Made by a program: the position numbers and the translations under genes. Shown here piece by piece: positions 13,613 through 38,489 of a DNA stretch of 64,000 bases. Below the pieces are notes generated by a model. That model saw nothing but the letters and a program-made list of their open reading frames with translations. It was not told the origin of the DNA and ran no database searches. How positions within the stretch are numbered: position 1 is the first letter of the stretch; each line of letters starts with the position of its first letter. Source of the stretch: Perna viridis (taxonomy: Eukaryota); NCBI GenBank assembly GCA_037379345.1, contig CM074516.1, positions 41,701,626 through 41,765,625 on the forward strand, read 5' to 3'.

Positions 13613-14273
13613 TTATCTTCCAAATATTGGTCGCGTTATTGGTAACCACGTGGTTGTAGATTTTCCTGTCAATTAAGAAACAGAGGAATTTAAGATCGCC
13701 AGCAAATATTTTACGGTTTTCAACTGATACCGTTTATAGAAATTTCAAATAGTACTTATTGCCATCAAAACACAAGATAGCCTTTCAAAGTATACCACCT
13801 AACAGATTTATTACTGAGTATTACCTATCAGAATGTTTTAGTGCATATTTAATTTGTCAATGTAACGGATAATAATGAATACAATAGTCGGTTCTCACAC
13901 TGCATAATATGATTTACTTCGTATTGTCTTGTTATGCTAATTGTATCATGGTCTGCATTGAATAGAAATAATTCTACGTATCAATTATTTTATTGTGTGT
14001 GTCGTGGAAACGTTCGAAAGTTAATATATGAAATTTGCAAGTTTTTGTTAAGCATTTGCTTAATAATTTTTATTCACAAGTCATACCTGGACAACTTTGA
14101 CCGGATGTTCCATCATTACAAACACAGACATATCCCCTAGAATCATGTAAACACCGACCTTGTCCTGAACATGGGTTACTGCTGCAGTGCCCTGCTCTTG
14201 TCACAGCTTTAAAACAACATAATCAATGTACAAAAATGACTTTCGGTTTCTATCTGTATTTCTTTGTGTGTGT

Positions 14274-14308
<35 letters not shown>

Positions 14309-17055
14309 CATCTTAAATGTATCTTTTTGGACCTAAATAATGTAACATTCATTACAAACACTAGATCTCAAAATTACAAATACACATTTAGATTTGCTTT
14401 ATTTATGAAACTATACAGAATTTGATGCGTATGAACGTGTACTGATCAATAACAATAATGATATAAACAATTAACGAAGTAATTACTTTTAATTGATATT
14501 TACCTGTCCATGGTGTTGTTATATCTACAAGTAAAACATAAGTACTCTAGCCCTTTGTTCTCAGTGTATATCGTAGATGATTTTTTAGTGAAGGAAAAAA
14601 AGTAATGGCTTGACTGCATTTCGCAATTTCTATTTGCAGCTAGCCATCCGTACACGTATACCATTGTCCGATATTGTGTAATTCTTCAATTTTCACGGGC
14701 TATAACTCATCATTTTGTTCAGTTGCCAACTTAATAAGAGTCTTCGAATGGAGGGAAAAAATTATTAAGCTAACAAACAAATTATTTTGAAACTGTTATC
14801 AACATAGCTCGCGTTTACGTTTATAGGCATAATAACAAAATCTACAAATACAAATCATTCACAGACACTCTTAAAACCAATGGTGCCAACAATAGATTCT
14901 AAGGGTCACCGTGAACTTAATCTTGCTTTTATTTATTTAAACTTACGGAATTTGGCACTAATTATCACTAATAAATAACCTTGAATATTGCATTTCATAT
15001 CATGCAGCAGTAAAACTTACGATTCTGACAGAGGGTGCCACTATAACCCGATGCGCATTGGCAGATGAAGTCAGCGCCATTTTTAAAACATCGTCCTCCA
15101 TTTCTGCACGGTGAACTGCTGCAGACATCTGTTGAAAAAAATACAGATGTTTATCAGAGGCGAATCAATAAATACTATTTAGGGTGTACATTTTTGTCGC
15201 TAGTTAAATACCAGTCCACATTAAATTCAGACACTGCCAATGGTAAAGTGAGTCATGGTGTAGAAAAACCCACGTAACAAATGATGCTTTTTCAGTCTAC
15301 ATATGCTTTATTTCTGCACTAAGGTCTGCACATTTTAGAAAATCATACATTCATCTCCCACTATGAAATGAAACCGAATCGCGGAAATGCCATTTTCATG
15401 TACAATCTATAAAATATTGATCTCAAAAGCGCAACACCCTTCGAAAAACTAAGACTGGTTATGTTATTTGTTACTGTTTCTGAACAAGAAATAAAACTGA
15501 ATTCGGTGGGATTTTGACATGTATAAATCACTTTCTGCCTGAGTTTTAAAAAGACCGATACTTAAAAGGTTACTCACCATCGGGACGTTGCGATGTAATT
15601 GGCAGTAATGCTGTAAATGATTCAATGAAAAAAGTGAAACACTATTTATATATATTTTTTTTAAATATTTGTATAATTTTGATTTTAAGCAGGTAAAAGA
15701 TTTTAATGTTTTAATGGAATCAAAGTTCCAGTAAATAACATGATGATGTTGATTGCGGAAAGTTAAGGGAATCCGTGGATGTTGGGTTTCGATGTATCTA
15801 AATATTTGAATAAGTTAAAAATTAATCTTTTTTAGGCTGTAACGCAAACATGCCACTCACATTAGTATTGCAAATTTCGGTATGCTGTTTAAGCATTTAA
15901 AAATGTTAACTCTCATCATCAACTTAGAAAAAGAAAAAGATGCATAGAAAAATTAATATCCAAAAATAAATTGTATCCTAATCAAGCCCCGCGAATAAAA
16001 ATTCTACTAAGTGAAGCCTTAGTGTTTTATCCTTTTGAGTTTCCTGACACTACAAACCTCTAAATAGTCTATGGTACATGTATGAATCGAGTCAGACAAG
16101 TCTGACTATTGGGCTGGTGAATACCATCGGGGACATTGGTCTACCAGCAATGGCATCGACCTAGTGATCTCTAAATACAAAACCCATATAAGTAATGAAG
16201 AATTCGGTATAATGTATACAAGTACGTGTTTCATGGAGTGACCTCTCTTCGGCCGTATGAGAACCAAATACTTGAGAAGATTAATCCTATAAAAAGCATT
16301 TTAGTTCATTAAACATGATTAACATATTGATTGGCATGCGAACGACGACATTGTACTTATTTCGAATTATGTAATAGCATTGAATTTCCTTATTTTTATA
16401 CTAGAATGGTTTTTTTTTTCTTGTTGTTTTTTCATTATCGCACATGTTTGTGCACTAGTTTCCTTATTTTAACTAGTAGTTATACTTTGTCCTGAGGTGC
16501 AGCTAATCACATGTAACTCCGTCTGTATGGTATGTAGCATATTGAAATCGGGTACGAGAGACATGTGGTAACTATCACGTGCTATCATGGCCAGCTCTGT
16601 AGAATTGATACGGTTTCCTACACCAATGGCATAAATTGTTTTACCATCATTGCGTAAACGCCGAGCTTCTTGCACTGTAGCTTGAAAATTGTCGGAAAAT
16701 CCATCGGTTATAACAACTATAAAATCAGGCACATTGACTCTGTCACCTGAACGAGGGGTAAAGCCGTTATAGTATGCGTATTTAAGGGCATCTCCTGTGT
16801 TTGATCCGCCGCCCATATGTTTAATGTTGCTTATTGCATTTCTCAATGTATATTCATCACTATACCTATCAAGTTCTATAACATATTTGGGTAGAGAAGA
16901 GTACTCGATGATACCAACTTGCACTTTGGATGGTCCGATATGAACTGAAGTAGTAAAGTCTTGAATGAACTGTTTTTCCTTATCAAAATTTAGAGTGCCA
17001 ATACTGAATGAACTGTCTAACAGGAAAATAACATCAGCTGGTCTTGTATCACAGC
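13613..17055 (-). CDS. vWA-EGF-EGF protein, matrilin-like architecture, probably secreted; 5' exon(s) unresolved
   Basis: All phase-1 GT-AG exons: 17055-16486 vWA (CDTRPADVIFLLDSSFSIG MIDAS DxSxS, GGSNTG, VITDG); 15610-15578 (LLPITSQRPD); 15128-15021 EGF (VCSSSPCRNGGRCFKNGADFICQCASGYSGTLCQN); 14524-14504 (ITTPWT); 14206-14087 EGF (HCSSNPCSGQGRCLHDSRGYVCVCNDGTSGQSCP); 13665-13613 (KSTTTWLPITRPIFGR*). The 16486 donor (gtataa) is weak. Minus-strand AATAAA near 13440. Confidence 0.88.
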
Positions 17056-17265
17056 CTATACCAATACAACAAACACAATCATATAATATTTATATACAGT
17101 ATTTGCTTTGTTTTTGTTTTAATTTTATTTTCCTCATCACAAATCAAATGGTTGTTTATTTTTATCTATTTTTTTGTTGCATAAAGTGTCTTTTATGTGG
17201 TATTTGATAACAATGATCCTTTATCTAAATAAATTTAAAGAGAAGAATTAAAAATACATGCATAC

Positions 17266-17329
17266 GGCGTTTCAAACTGACGGGCAGACACAATAACACA
17301 AAGTGAATATGTTCGACTCTTACACTCAT
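17266..17329 (-). CDS. Candidate first coding exon of the vWA gene (MSVRVEHIHFVLLCLPVSLKR)
   Basis: ATG after an in-frame stop, short hydrophobic core, phase-1 donor gtatgc compatible with the 17055 acceptor. Other frames and donors are also possible. Confidence 0.35.
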
Positions 17330-18995
17330 AGTGTTTTGGTTTTGTTTTTGCACTATGTAGTGTTAACATGGTGAGTTTTTTAAACAATATATTGACAGCT
17401 ATTGTGTTATACCTAATAAATATCACAGCTCAAAAATCGGGCAAACAATCGTTTCATCTATTGTTGCCATTTTGTGTTTGGTTAGATATTCTTTCTAACA
17501 TCGTTAGTTATATAAGCTCTAAGGTATTGAGTGTTGTATTCTTAGCATTAGAAGGGGCAGACCACTCAAGTTTTTAAATTATAGTATTCGACTTTCTTGA
17601 AAAATTAAGAGCCTTCTGAAGATTTTTTGGTTAATAAAAAAAGAAGATACTGATCTAAGTTTTTTGTGTGTTGTCTTGTTTTCCTTGTCTTCATTTTTTC
17701 GGCTCCTTACATTGTGTATTTAGATCGTCTCTGTCTCTGTTTTAACGTTTAGACTTTGTTCGTTTTGGATTTGATGTATCTGAATTATCTAATATTTCGA
17801 CCCTATGGTATTTATTTTATTTTATTTATTTAATATTTTTTTTCGGTTTAAAACTATATGAAAAAATGCCCTACCCGTCGACTGTAGTACACAAATCCTT
17901 GGGAATACTAACACTAACAATGGGAATATTCTACAAGGCAGAAAATATTAATATATTATATTAGAACAAAAAATCTCAAATTCGAATCACAAGTCCTGGA
18001 AGAGCCTTTCAGTTAAGTTACGAAATTTAAATAAAGGGTAAGCATTAATATTAGAATAAGTAGTTGTATTTACGATTTATTTGCATCAGAATCTGTGAAT
18101 TTACTCAAATATATCATTCTGCATTACAATCTTTCATTTACTTGATTTTTTAACATACGCGACAAAACTTTTTAAATAATCACCATTTCTACAATTGTAT
18201 TAAGTTTAAATGTTTTTCGAATATTCAGTTGTGTAAAAGATTAGAATCTTACTTTCTCGTTATCAGGAGAGGATTAGGTAATACGACCATTTTTGTCAAG
18301 ACTATATTAAATCTGGTCGTCTACATTTCAACACCTATCTACTTATATCTATTGATAAGAGACTTTTAATATCTATCAGCCCTTAACCTTTTACTGAAAT
18401 CATTTTCTTTTCGAATCTCTGAACAAGTAGACATTGATATGTTTCACTTATTATACACACTGTTTACGAAAATAAACTGAGTAAATACTTTCGACATGTA
18501 ATAATTATATGTAATTCATTATAGCACTCGTATATCTAAATATAAAAGGGCAGGGTAGCTTCAAGCCCTAGTAACATCTTCCGGGTAGTTTAGACAAATA
18601 AGATATTATTACTTGATAGGTGTAGAAACCAAATAATGATTGATGACAGCGTGCATGAATTTAAGATACAAAAATGTTTGCAGAATGTCAATATTGAAAT
18701 AAGGGAAGATAAATTAATTGGTGTGTAACAATGTCATTTAGAATCGTCTTTCGAAGTTTGTAATTTTTCCGTCTACTTTAGTAAATTTTGGAAGTTTTAT
18801 AGTTAGTTTCCCCATTATCTGGACAAACTCGTGACACATGAAAAATTTATTGAAATTTATTTCTATGAGGTAGTGATAAGGGCGGTCAACGGGGGTATAT
18901 ACCTGGTGTTTGTTTACCCACTGTAATAAACTTTATCACCCTCTATAAACAGTCGATACCAACCTTTTACCACGCTTTAGTTAAATAGTCCTGCC

Positions 18996-29930
<10,935 letters not shown>

Positions 29931-31474
29931 AGCAACGTTGTAAACGAGATTTATGCGTGATTGTATCATGTCCATCATTAAGCACGGCTAATTACAGCCA
30001 CAAACAACAGATATACGAATCCGATTGTAACTGTTGGTGTAAAATCATCACAAAGAAACGTGCAAAGTCATCTGATTTGTGTTTTAACATTCTGGAAATT
30101 CATCAATTAAATTTAAGTTACGTAAAACCGAAGATTAACAAAGCTGTATTTGGAAATATAACGTTATCTACAACTGTTTGGTTTTGATAGCATTTGTATT
30201 GGATACATTTTATAGATAAAGAATTTCTATGTGTTTTGTTCATGCATTATTCTTCTATTTTCAATAAATTATAAGAGGAGTTCGTGGTGTTGGTTATGTC
30301 AGCTCTGTCAACGAAATAACTTGAGTCTTGTTAATTTAATATTGAAAGGTTATCGATGGAAAACATTTAAAGCACGCTGAGGGGTTTATAAATACGTATA
30401 ATCATTACAGTCTTACCCTAAAACAATTAATGTAAAAACTAATATTTTAAAAATTAGGGAAGGAAAATAAATTGAAGTTTCATGTCCCTTCTCACTCTTG
30501 GATTCTTATATTTAAGGAATTTTTCTTATTATTGAAATGTTATAAGAAATAACTTGGTTTCCGACAGTCCGACGACTTGGAAACTCCGGGAACAAGGTAA
30601 TAACCGTATAGCCTGTTCAAATAGAGAGTTTTCTTGTAATATGAGAGGGGTTCGTAATCAAAATGTTATTGTTGTAAGGATTATTAGAAGTGCAGAATGC
30701 GGGCCAATCTATGTAAATGACGTCACAGTTCTAAACCAGTTCACTCGCAGCCAATCAAAAAACATGTTACAATCTAAATGAATTATTTAGCTACGATGCT
30801 GCTTCAATCTTGGATTAAAGCTTTCACAAGAAGCTCCCGTCGTCCTTATTCTCTGTCATGATCCTTTGGTTATAAATGTTTCAGTAACGTATGACGATTT
30901 CACTTAGGTTACAGTACAAGCTATGGATTGAATCTAAGGCACTGGGAGACTACGTTGCACCAACTGAGTTATCTTTATTGCTAACACCTTTTTCAAATTC
31001 ATAACCAAAAACCTTAATTACGAAAAGCTTCAACCTCCAAACTAGAACTTTTTTAAGTCCTCCCTGACTTCAATTATCATATTCAGAATTAATCCTTAAA
31101 ATAAATGTATCTGCAAATATTTTAAACTCTACTACCCAAAATACCAACACCATCACCATACTTTTTGCGCCTAAGAAACCTTATCCTCCAACAAATCTTC
31201 AAAACAAATTACATTTTCCAGCCCATTATTTAAAACAATTACCCCCTTCCCGCAAAAGCGGAAACAACACAAAAATACTCCCAACACTCAGCCTCAAATT
31301 ATGTTCATAAAATTTTATGAGCAACTATCCTGGACCAGCGCCATAATGCCGTGCGTGGCCCACAGACCCTCCATTTTGGAGGTAAATAATGATGTTAAAT
31401 GGTTCCTAAATAAAAAGAGTGTCATTTTGTGTCGACGTCAGCAAAATCTGTTTTACAATTTTACTTAATTTAGA

Positions 31475-32233
31475 ATAAACATGTCTTTTTAATAACATGA
31501 TGTATCAGCGTGGGTTGTTTCTTTCCAAAGCTGATTCTTGACAGATTTCCATTTCCCGGAGCACAGCATGCTGAACTCTGTTCACTTGGGATAAGTGTGG
31601 ACACATTACTAGTTTTTGACACACTTAAGCATGATGACTTAAATTTCATTTTGGACATAAGAACGTGTTTGGATACAATATTGCCAAATTTTTAAAATTC
31701 AGTTAAAGGTTAAAAATGTTCTGCTTTAAGGATGTCAATCAAAGATCTTTTTTCCCTTCGATCCCTATAATTAAAAAAATATGAAAAATATAAATATGAT
31801 TGAAAAACGTAGGCAGGGATTTTTATCAGGAATCTTTTTTTTAATCAAAATCAGACAATTAACAAAAAAGTTGACTTTTTTTTGGGCGTGGCCCCCTTTG
31901 GTCCACTATAACCCAAAGCCTTATGAGATATCTGAACATTGACACCAGAATTATCAAAGTCGAATTAAAAACGAATTATTGCTAACAATTCTAATGACAA
32001 CACCTATTTTCCATCTTATTTTCAAAGGGGTGGGGTAAAGACCACCAAAACTAAAAAAAAACTATACATGTAAAACCCTTTGTCATGTCCCTCGGAATAA
32101 TGTTTTTAAATTTCAAATAGATCCGATGAGTGTTTTACTCAAGTTTTCGTAAATAAACGAAAGTTAACCGACACCAACGACGACAACAGATCGATGCCAT
32201 TAAACGACCGTATTTTTTCCGGTCGTATAAAAA
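31475..32233 (+). mobile_element. Helentron/HINE-like non-autonomous element
   Basis: Ends in a (gac)n-like tract then the hairpin cgaccg-tattttttc-cggtcg followed by tataaaaa, the usual layout of Helentron-associated 3' ends; 5' boundary approximate. Confidence 0.5.
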
Positions 32234-33531
32234 GCTCCATTTAACCGGGGTGTCATTACATAAATTTCGGAATCAGACAGGAAGACTCGTCGATTCGAAA
32301 CAACTGGAGACTTAACCTCGTATTTTTGTCAAAGAAAGAAAATGTGACAAAAAATATAAAACGGCACAAATTCAACTTTCTTCACTAAGTAGAATAGATT
32401 GGGTTTCTTGTACCTGAACCTTATGCATCCATTTTAGCAACAAATTGCTCTGCTTTATGATACGTATATATTGTAGGAGATGCTTACGCAGATAGAAATA
32501 ATAGCTTCCTTCCGAACTGAACTTGTATACGTGAAAAATGTTATAACTTCGATGCAATGTTTTGGGAAAAAGTTTCATAGTCAATGAAGTTACGGCTTGC
32601 AGTTGGTTTACTGCAATAAAAACTGAAATGTACGTGTTTGCAAATTTTTAATTTTGTATTTTAAAGTACATTCTGCATTTGACCCAATACAAGAAAAGTA
32701 TTTCATCAATACTACAACAGAAAGCATACCAAACGTACTCATTGGAGAAGGTGTTTTTATTGAAAATTAATATAATTTTAACTAAATTAGTTTTTGTATT
32801 ATATGTGGTATATATTACTATACTTTGAACAATTTACATGTAATGACAACAGGGTTGTTATTTTTACCATAATCCGGGGCTAGTATCCCTATAGTTATTT
32901 GTTTAAATGCATCAAGTTTTTTTTTCTTCCATAAAAAATATATTAATCGGAAGAATGTAGGTACTCAATGTCTATATGATTTCGACCATCATTTTGTATT
33001 AGTACATTGTATTGTTAGTATATTTCTTGATTACTATTGCTTGTATATTAAGAGATTTGCATTTTTAAGATGGAGAAAGTATTCGAACATATTACCGTAA
33101 CGCCCTTTTAAATCAAAAATCATATTACATTAAATACACAATTATGGACACCAGCCCATTGTGAATGATTGTTTTACATCTGTGGTAGTCATAAGAATAC
33201 TGAATATCTCCGATAAAAAAAAACTACTCGAAATTAGAATTGAGCTACAGCTTTTAATAGACGTTTTCAGTTCTTCCATGACAAAAAAAAACAAATATAA
33301 ACACAAGTCCAGGCTGTATCGTGATCTAAATTCTTAAATGTTACCATTATCTGATAATTAATTTTAAATTAGTTGATGTATACGAACAGTTTACGGTTTA
33401 ATTTAATTCCTGATGAATATTAAAATATTACATTTTTTTAAATTGTGTTTGTGTGCAAGCTTTACATAGTATATACCGAATAAAGCAGTGCTTTACTAGC
33501 TAATTTGTATTTTAAAGTAACTGTATATAAT

Positions 33532-36500
33532 TTATTTAACCCGTGACTTTCTACGCTTCTGTTTAATTCCGTTTGCATCATTCTGCATTCGACCTTTCTG
33601 AATTAGTTCAAATATTTTATACGCTTGTACTTCGTCATGTGTTACGTCATCATATCTGCGCACTTCGATTCTCTCACCGTTGACAATTAATCCACACTCA
33701 ACTAACAGGTCACGACTTTCGGAATCACTAAGTGTCACAACCCATCGGCTTTTAGCGTCGCTGTCAATGGCATGTACAGCCACAGGATCAAACTGCAGTC
33801 TTGTAACAGGAGTGCCAATCTGTGATTCCACGAGAGCTTTAACATCTTTATGTGGCTTAACATTGTCTGGGAGGGTAAAGCAAACTGCCAAAGGTTGCGA
33901 AGGAGGCAGTTCCTTTCGCAGTCGAATTGAAGTAATTTTTGCTTTTTTCCATTTATTGTAGTTCGACATCTCCTTGCAATCATCAAGAAGGGACAGTGGT
34001 TGCTTAACATTTTCTTTTTCGGCGTCTGACTCGACAAAGTCTCCTCTTTTACTGGACCTACAATTTAAATAAGAAATAAAAACGAACCATAATATCCTCT
34101 AGTAATATTTAGTAACAAACCACATTCATTAAGACTGCCATGCTCTTGGTTTAAACCGTTATGAAGCCATTAATGTAGTCTTATGGATAATTCACCCCGT
34201 TTTATATTGTAACTTTATGGACAGTCAACGTCAAGTGCAACCTGCGTATTATACCCACGTGTACTTCGGTCAACGACGCTAGTACTCTATTTGGGGTCTT
34301 TCCGGATAAATTGAACACAAGAATGGTCGAGCTATGTTGTAAAACTGAATATCTGAAGAACTTTTCATAGCTTATACATTATAACATCATTAACAAGTAT
34401 GTTAAGTATTGCATTAAAATGACAATGGTCGATTTTGAACCTATGAATGAATTTATTTGATCATAACTCTTATGATGTACTTGACTCCTACGCTTTCACT
34501 GTGGACCCGGATACGATGTAATAAAGTTTACACATGCAAGACGCATGCATATCTATAAAACATTTATGTTCAATGAAAATGACGAATTTTGTCAACCTCT
34601 TTAAGTTTATTGGGGATGGTTTGCGCATTTGACCACTAACACGTAAATATACTTAATGAAATGTGACATTTTCAAAATACAAAAATGTATATTAGCTGTA
34701 TGCTGAGTTAACCAAATGACACATATATAGTTGGCATTCTAAATATTCACAAGGGACACCAAATGATTCGTAATGTCTTGTCATGACACCTGTTACATAT
34801 TTAAAAGTTTTAATTTACAGCAAAAATATATTTTACTTGCTTTTGTCAAATAAATTATCATAATTAATTAGAAATGGACGCATCCAAACATATCAACTCA
34901 ATGACTTACCTAAATTGTTGTCCAGAGAAAGCGTTTAATCGCATATTGTAGCCAAAATACAGAGAAATTCAATTAGCGATCTCCCTATTGCCTACTCTCA
35001 AACCAATTCTATATGACTTCTCAGTCTATGTCATGTCATATACTGTTTACATATTATTGGTAAAACCATTTACAGTGAACTGTACTTTAAAAGCAGACTT
35101 CTTAACAATAGGTTTCTATTCAATATAAATACCAAACTGTGAGTCTGACCTTTTATTCCGATTTTATCCTCATCATGTAATGAATCGATTTAATAAAAAT
35201 TACATTAAAAAGTGGTGCGATGTGGCAAGCTGCCCAAGGTAAAGATCTGCCCATATAGAGATAACAATCAATAGTACAAGTGATAACAGGGTATATTGTG
35301 ACATCAGAATCAATGATTTACTGTGTAAAATCAATGTCATAATCATATTTCACCAATGATGATAAGGATAAATCGAACTACAGTATGGGACATTGTATCC
35401 CATCTTGAATAGATGTTAATCGTATTCTCAAACATTTCCTAATAGACAGTCGATGTCTAGAATATGGGATATTAAAATATTCCCCCTTGTCAGACTCGCT
35501 CCCACCGTGCTTATATTCTAGTCGGGCTGTGTATCTGATGGTACTAGGATCAATTTCCGGTGAACTAGTAGAAATTTCAGAGTAACTGCATTTTTATTAC
35601 TCAAAAGAACCTTTTTATACAAGTTTGCGCTATGCCTTCTAGCTTATCAAAGATATAGAAAACTGGAAGGCATATATAAAATTGGTCAAACATATTAAAG
35701 AAATGACTTAATTTCTTTTTTCTATCTGTAAGGTAACAACCTGAAATAATTTAAATATCTAGCTTATCAAGAATAAAAAAAATTGATGAGTAAATCATAA
35801 AAATAGGTTGATGACGTTGCACTATCACATTAAAAAATTGTGTCTATATGAAATAATATACAAGACTTTTTTTCCAATCTGAAAAAAAAACGTATAATTT
35901 CTTAAATTGAATTATTTTGAAATAACCTAATCAGTTATCCTTTCATAAAAATTCTTTACTTCCACATCCTATGTGCTAGTAGAACTATACACTGATATTT
36001 CCCTCGATATTTCGCTCAGAGAAAGCGTACTGCTACCTCTAAAACACAGAAGCAATGGGCTTTATTTTAACGATTATTATGGATTTGTTTAAAATAGTTT
36101 TGGTGGAACTCGAACAAACTCACTACTACATGTATATTCTTGTACATAATGATCGCTAGAGGCTCTAGAATTCTAGTGAACTGAGCTATTTTTAATATAT
36201 CTAAATTGTGTCCAGCATCTCTTACCTTGTTATATACATGTCAGCATCTGGAAACAAGGTCGCCTCACTTAGCTTCAATTTTCGTCTTTTTTTCAAGGAA
36301 TCTTTAAAATGATGTTCTGGATTGTTATGTATATAATGATCTATAGGATCATTGAAGTTTGGCTGATTGCTTCTAGCGTTCGCTTTTTCTTGGAAAAAAT
36401 CTTTAAAATGTTCATTTTTAGAAAGATACGGAAACTGCTTCGAAGTCGTAAACTTCATCTTGTTGACGTGAGCACTATGCGGGTTTAAATTGAGATCCTC

Positions 36501-37220
36501 TATTCTAAAATCTTTATCTTCGGTTCCGTCCGTTTCCCACGCCTGCGTAGGAATGTCGATAAATTCAACATGGCGGCTATCGGATTCCGATTTCTGTTTT
36601 GTTTTCTCTTTATTTACGCTTTCGTAAGAAGGTCTACGAAAACCCAAATCACATAGACGTTTGTAAGTTTCTGTATCTACTGTGGCTTTAAAAATCTTTG
36701 GGAGAGAAAAATACTGCCGAAGATCTTCAGTTTTCTGAACAAGCTCTTCCGCATCGTTACCTCCAATATCCGGAAATCGAATTGGACGGTCAACATCAAT
36801 GGGCGGTAACCTTTCACTTTCTATCACAGTGGGATTTTCACTAGCTAAATTATAGAACTGGTCTCCCCTGAAAGCAAGTTTGGGGTATGTTTTATCTCTA
36901 GGAAGGTCTGTATTAACTTGCCATTTAATAACTTTCGTTTCTGGATCATACAAGAGCGAGCCTCTGTACCCTCTAATCGACAAAAGTTCGGGTAAACTTT
37001 CATCGATCGAGTCCAGGTGGATCCTTGTGTGCCGCTTTCTGTCATAGTATGGAGGGTCGAAATCCGAGAGACTATCCTCGTAATCTTTTGCAATAGCATT
37101 GATGTCAAGACTTCGTATTGGGTATGGAATAGATGATACAGGGAACTTCCTGTTCGAAATATAGCGAGGAAGTTGCCCCTCTGTAGACAGCAATATCAAC
37201 GCTTGGCTAGATGTCGGCAT
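33532..37220 (-). CDS. Uncharacterised protein, long isoform ~506 aa; C-terminal domain resembles LINE ORF1p/ZCCHC3-type RRM
   Basis: Exon 37220-36226 (acceptor ttttag immediately before ATG; ends ATA ACA AG|gtaag, phase 2) splices in frame to exon 34057-33532 (ttgtag|G TCC AGT AAA..., open to TAA). The C-terminus contains RWVVTLSDSESRDLLVECGLIVNGERIEVRRYDD. Confidence 0.8.
34910..34944 (-). CDS. Alternative first coding exon (MRLNAFSGQQF) giving a ~186-aa short isoform
   Basis: ATG preceded by an in-frame TGA; strong donor AG|gtaagt in phase 2, matching the 34057 acceptor. Confidence 0.6.
35700..35935. repeat. Diverged fragment of the MITE family at 48195-48600
   Basis: aaatcataaaaataggttgatgacgt...cacattaaaaaattg is shared with 48475-48530. 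Confidence 0.5.
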
Positions 37221-38489
37221 CTAAAAGGGAAAACAAGTCATAACAGACGTCATTGACATTATTACGAAGTCAACTAACTATTCACTTGACGGGGATTTGA
37301 TTTACCTGTGAATCAAATCCCATAACATGTATACATCGAATAGTTAGCCTGTTGCTTTTTTGACGGATTGGCGTTTTATGTTTCGGTTATTGGTCAGAAA
37401 GGACGTTAATCTTCGTATACAACTCTGTTTTTTATGGGCGTAACAGAAAAAAGAAGAAATTAGATGATTATTCCACAGTGATAATTCCGACATGTTTAGA
37501 GAGAAGCATCACCGAAGAACTGTTATGTTATTTGATATGGGTTGAATGTTTTGTTCAATGTAATAAAATTGTTGATCTATCGTGTTTCGTAATTAAAGAA
37601 ATTTTCGACGATTTATTGTTTTCCGGATAGTTTGACGAAATTAAAGATGTCAGACTCTCACAGTCCTTTTGGTTCAAGGAACGGTTAGAATTACTTAATA
37701 CATTGATTAGATGATCTTAAACATTTATTTGAATAGATCAATGACTAGAAATGTCTGACGAAGACGAGGACACTCGAATACAATCGGAAACTGATAAGTT
37801 CCAACAAAGAGTTCAATACTATTACACTCACATTAAGATTCTGAAATAATGATATGATTTCTGCTTCGATATAAATTTTTAAACAGTAAAACTATTAATA
37901 TTCAAGATGAAACTAAGGATGGGAGACTTAATCGACTTTTGCATTACATAATTACAGTATCTAAGATGCAAGTTCTCATGGTTGCGAGTTATTACTTTAA
38001 TATCAAAGTGGAGCAACTAAAGTTTAACCAAAGTGCAAGGTGTTTTTCAAAGCTTTCTAAGCTAACAACACAATACATTTAAACAATTATTATTCAATTG
38101 ATAAAACAAGCAGGAAACCGTACTAATGATGCTTTAATCCCTTAATTATGCTAAACATATACACTAAGTTAAATAGATACCCTCGGGTAGTTTTATTTTA
38201 CATACTTAGTTATTAATCTATCAACTATTTCAAAAGGAGCACGCATTAAAACATATATCTAATTGCAGTAAGAGGTGTACTTTAACTACTGATGTATAAA
38301 ATTTCAGAGGTGTTGTTGATGATCACTCGTAATGGTTTTCGATTTCTATTTGCGTCTCCAAAAACCGGCTTACATATAAAAATGAGATTTGGTATGATTG
38401 CCAATGAAATAATCATCCATCAAATGTCGGTCTTCAATGATTAGCAAATTAAACCCATACTATAAAGTAGGCGTACTTTGTATATGGAT

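Noticed and set aside
17361-17370. Plus-strand 10-nt microexon ending in ATG (ttttgcactatgtag|tgttaacatg|gtgagt)
   Set aside because: Good splice signals, but the PTP already has a complete signal-peptide exon and no upstream partner exon is evident; cannot be supported without transcripts.
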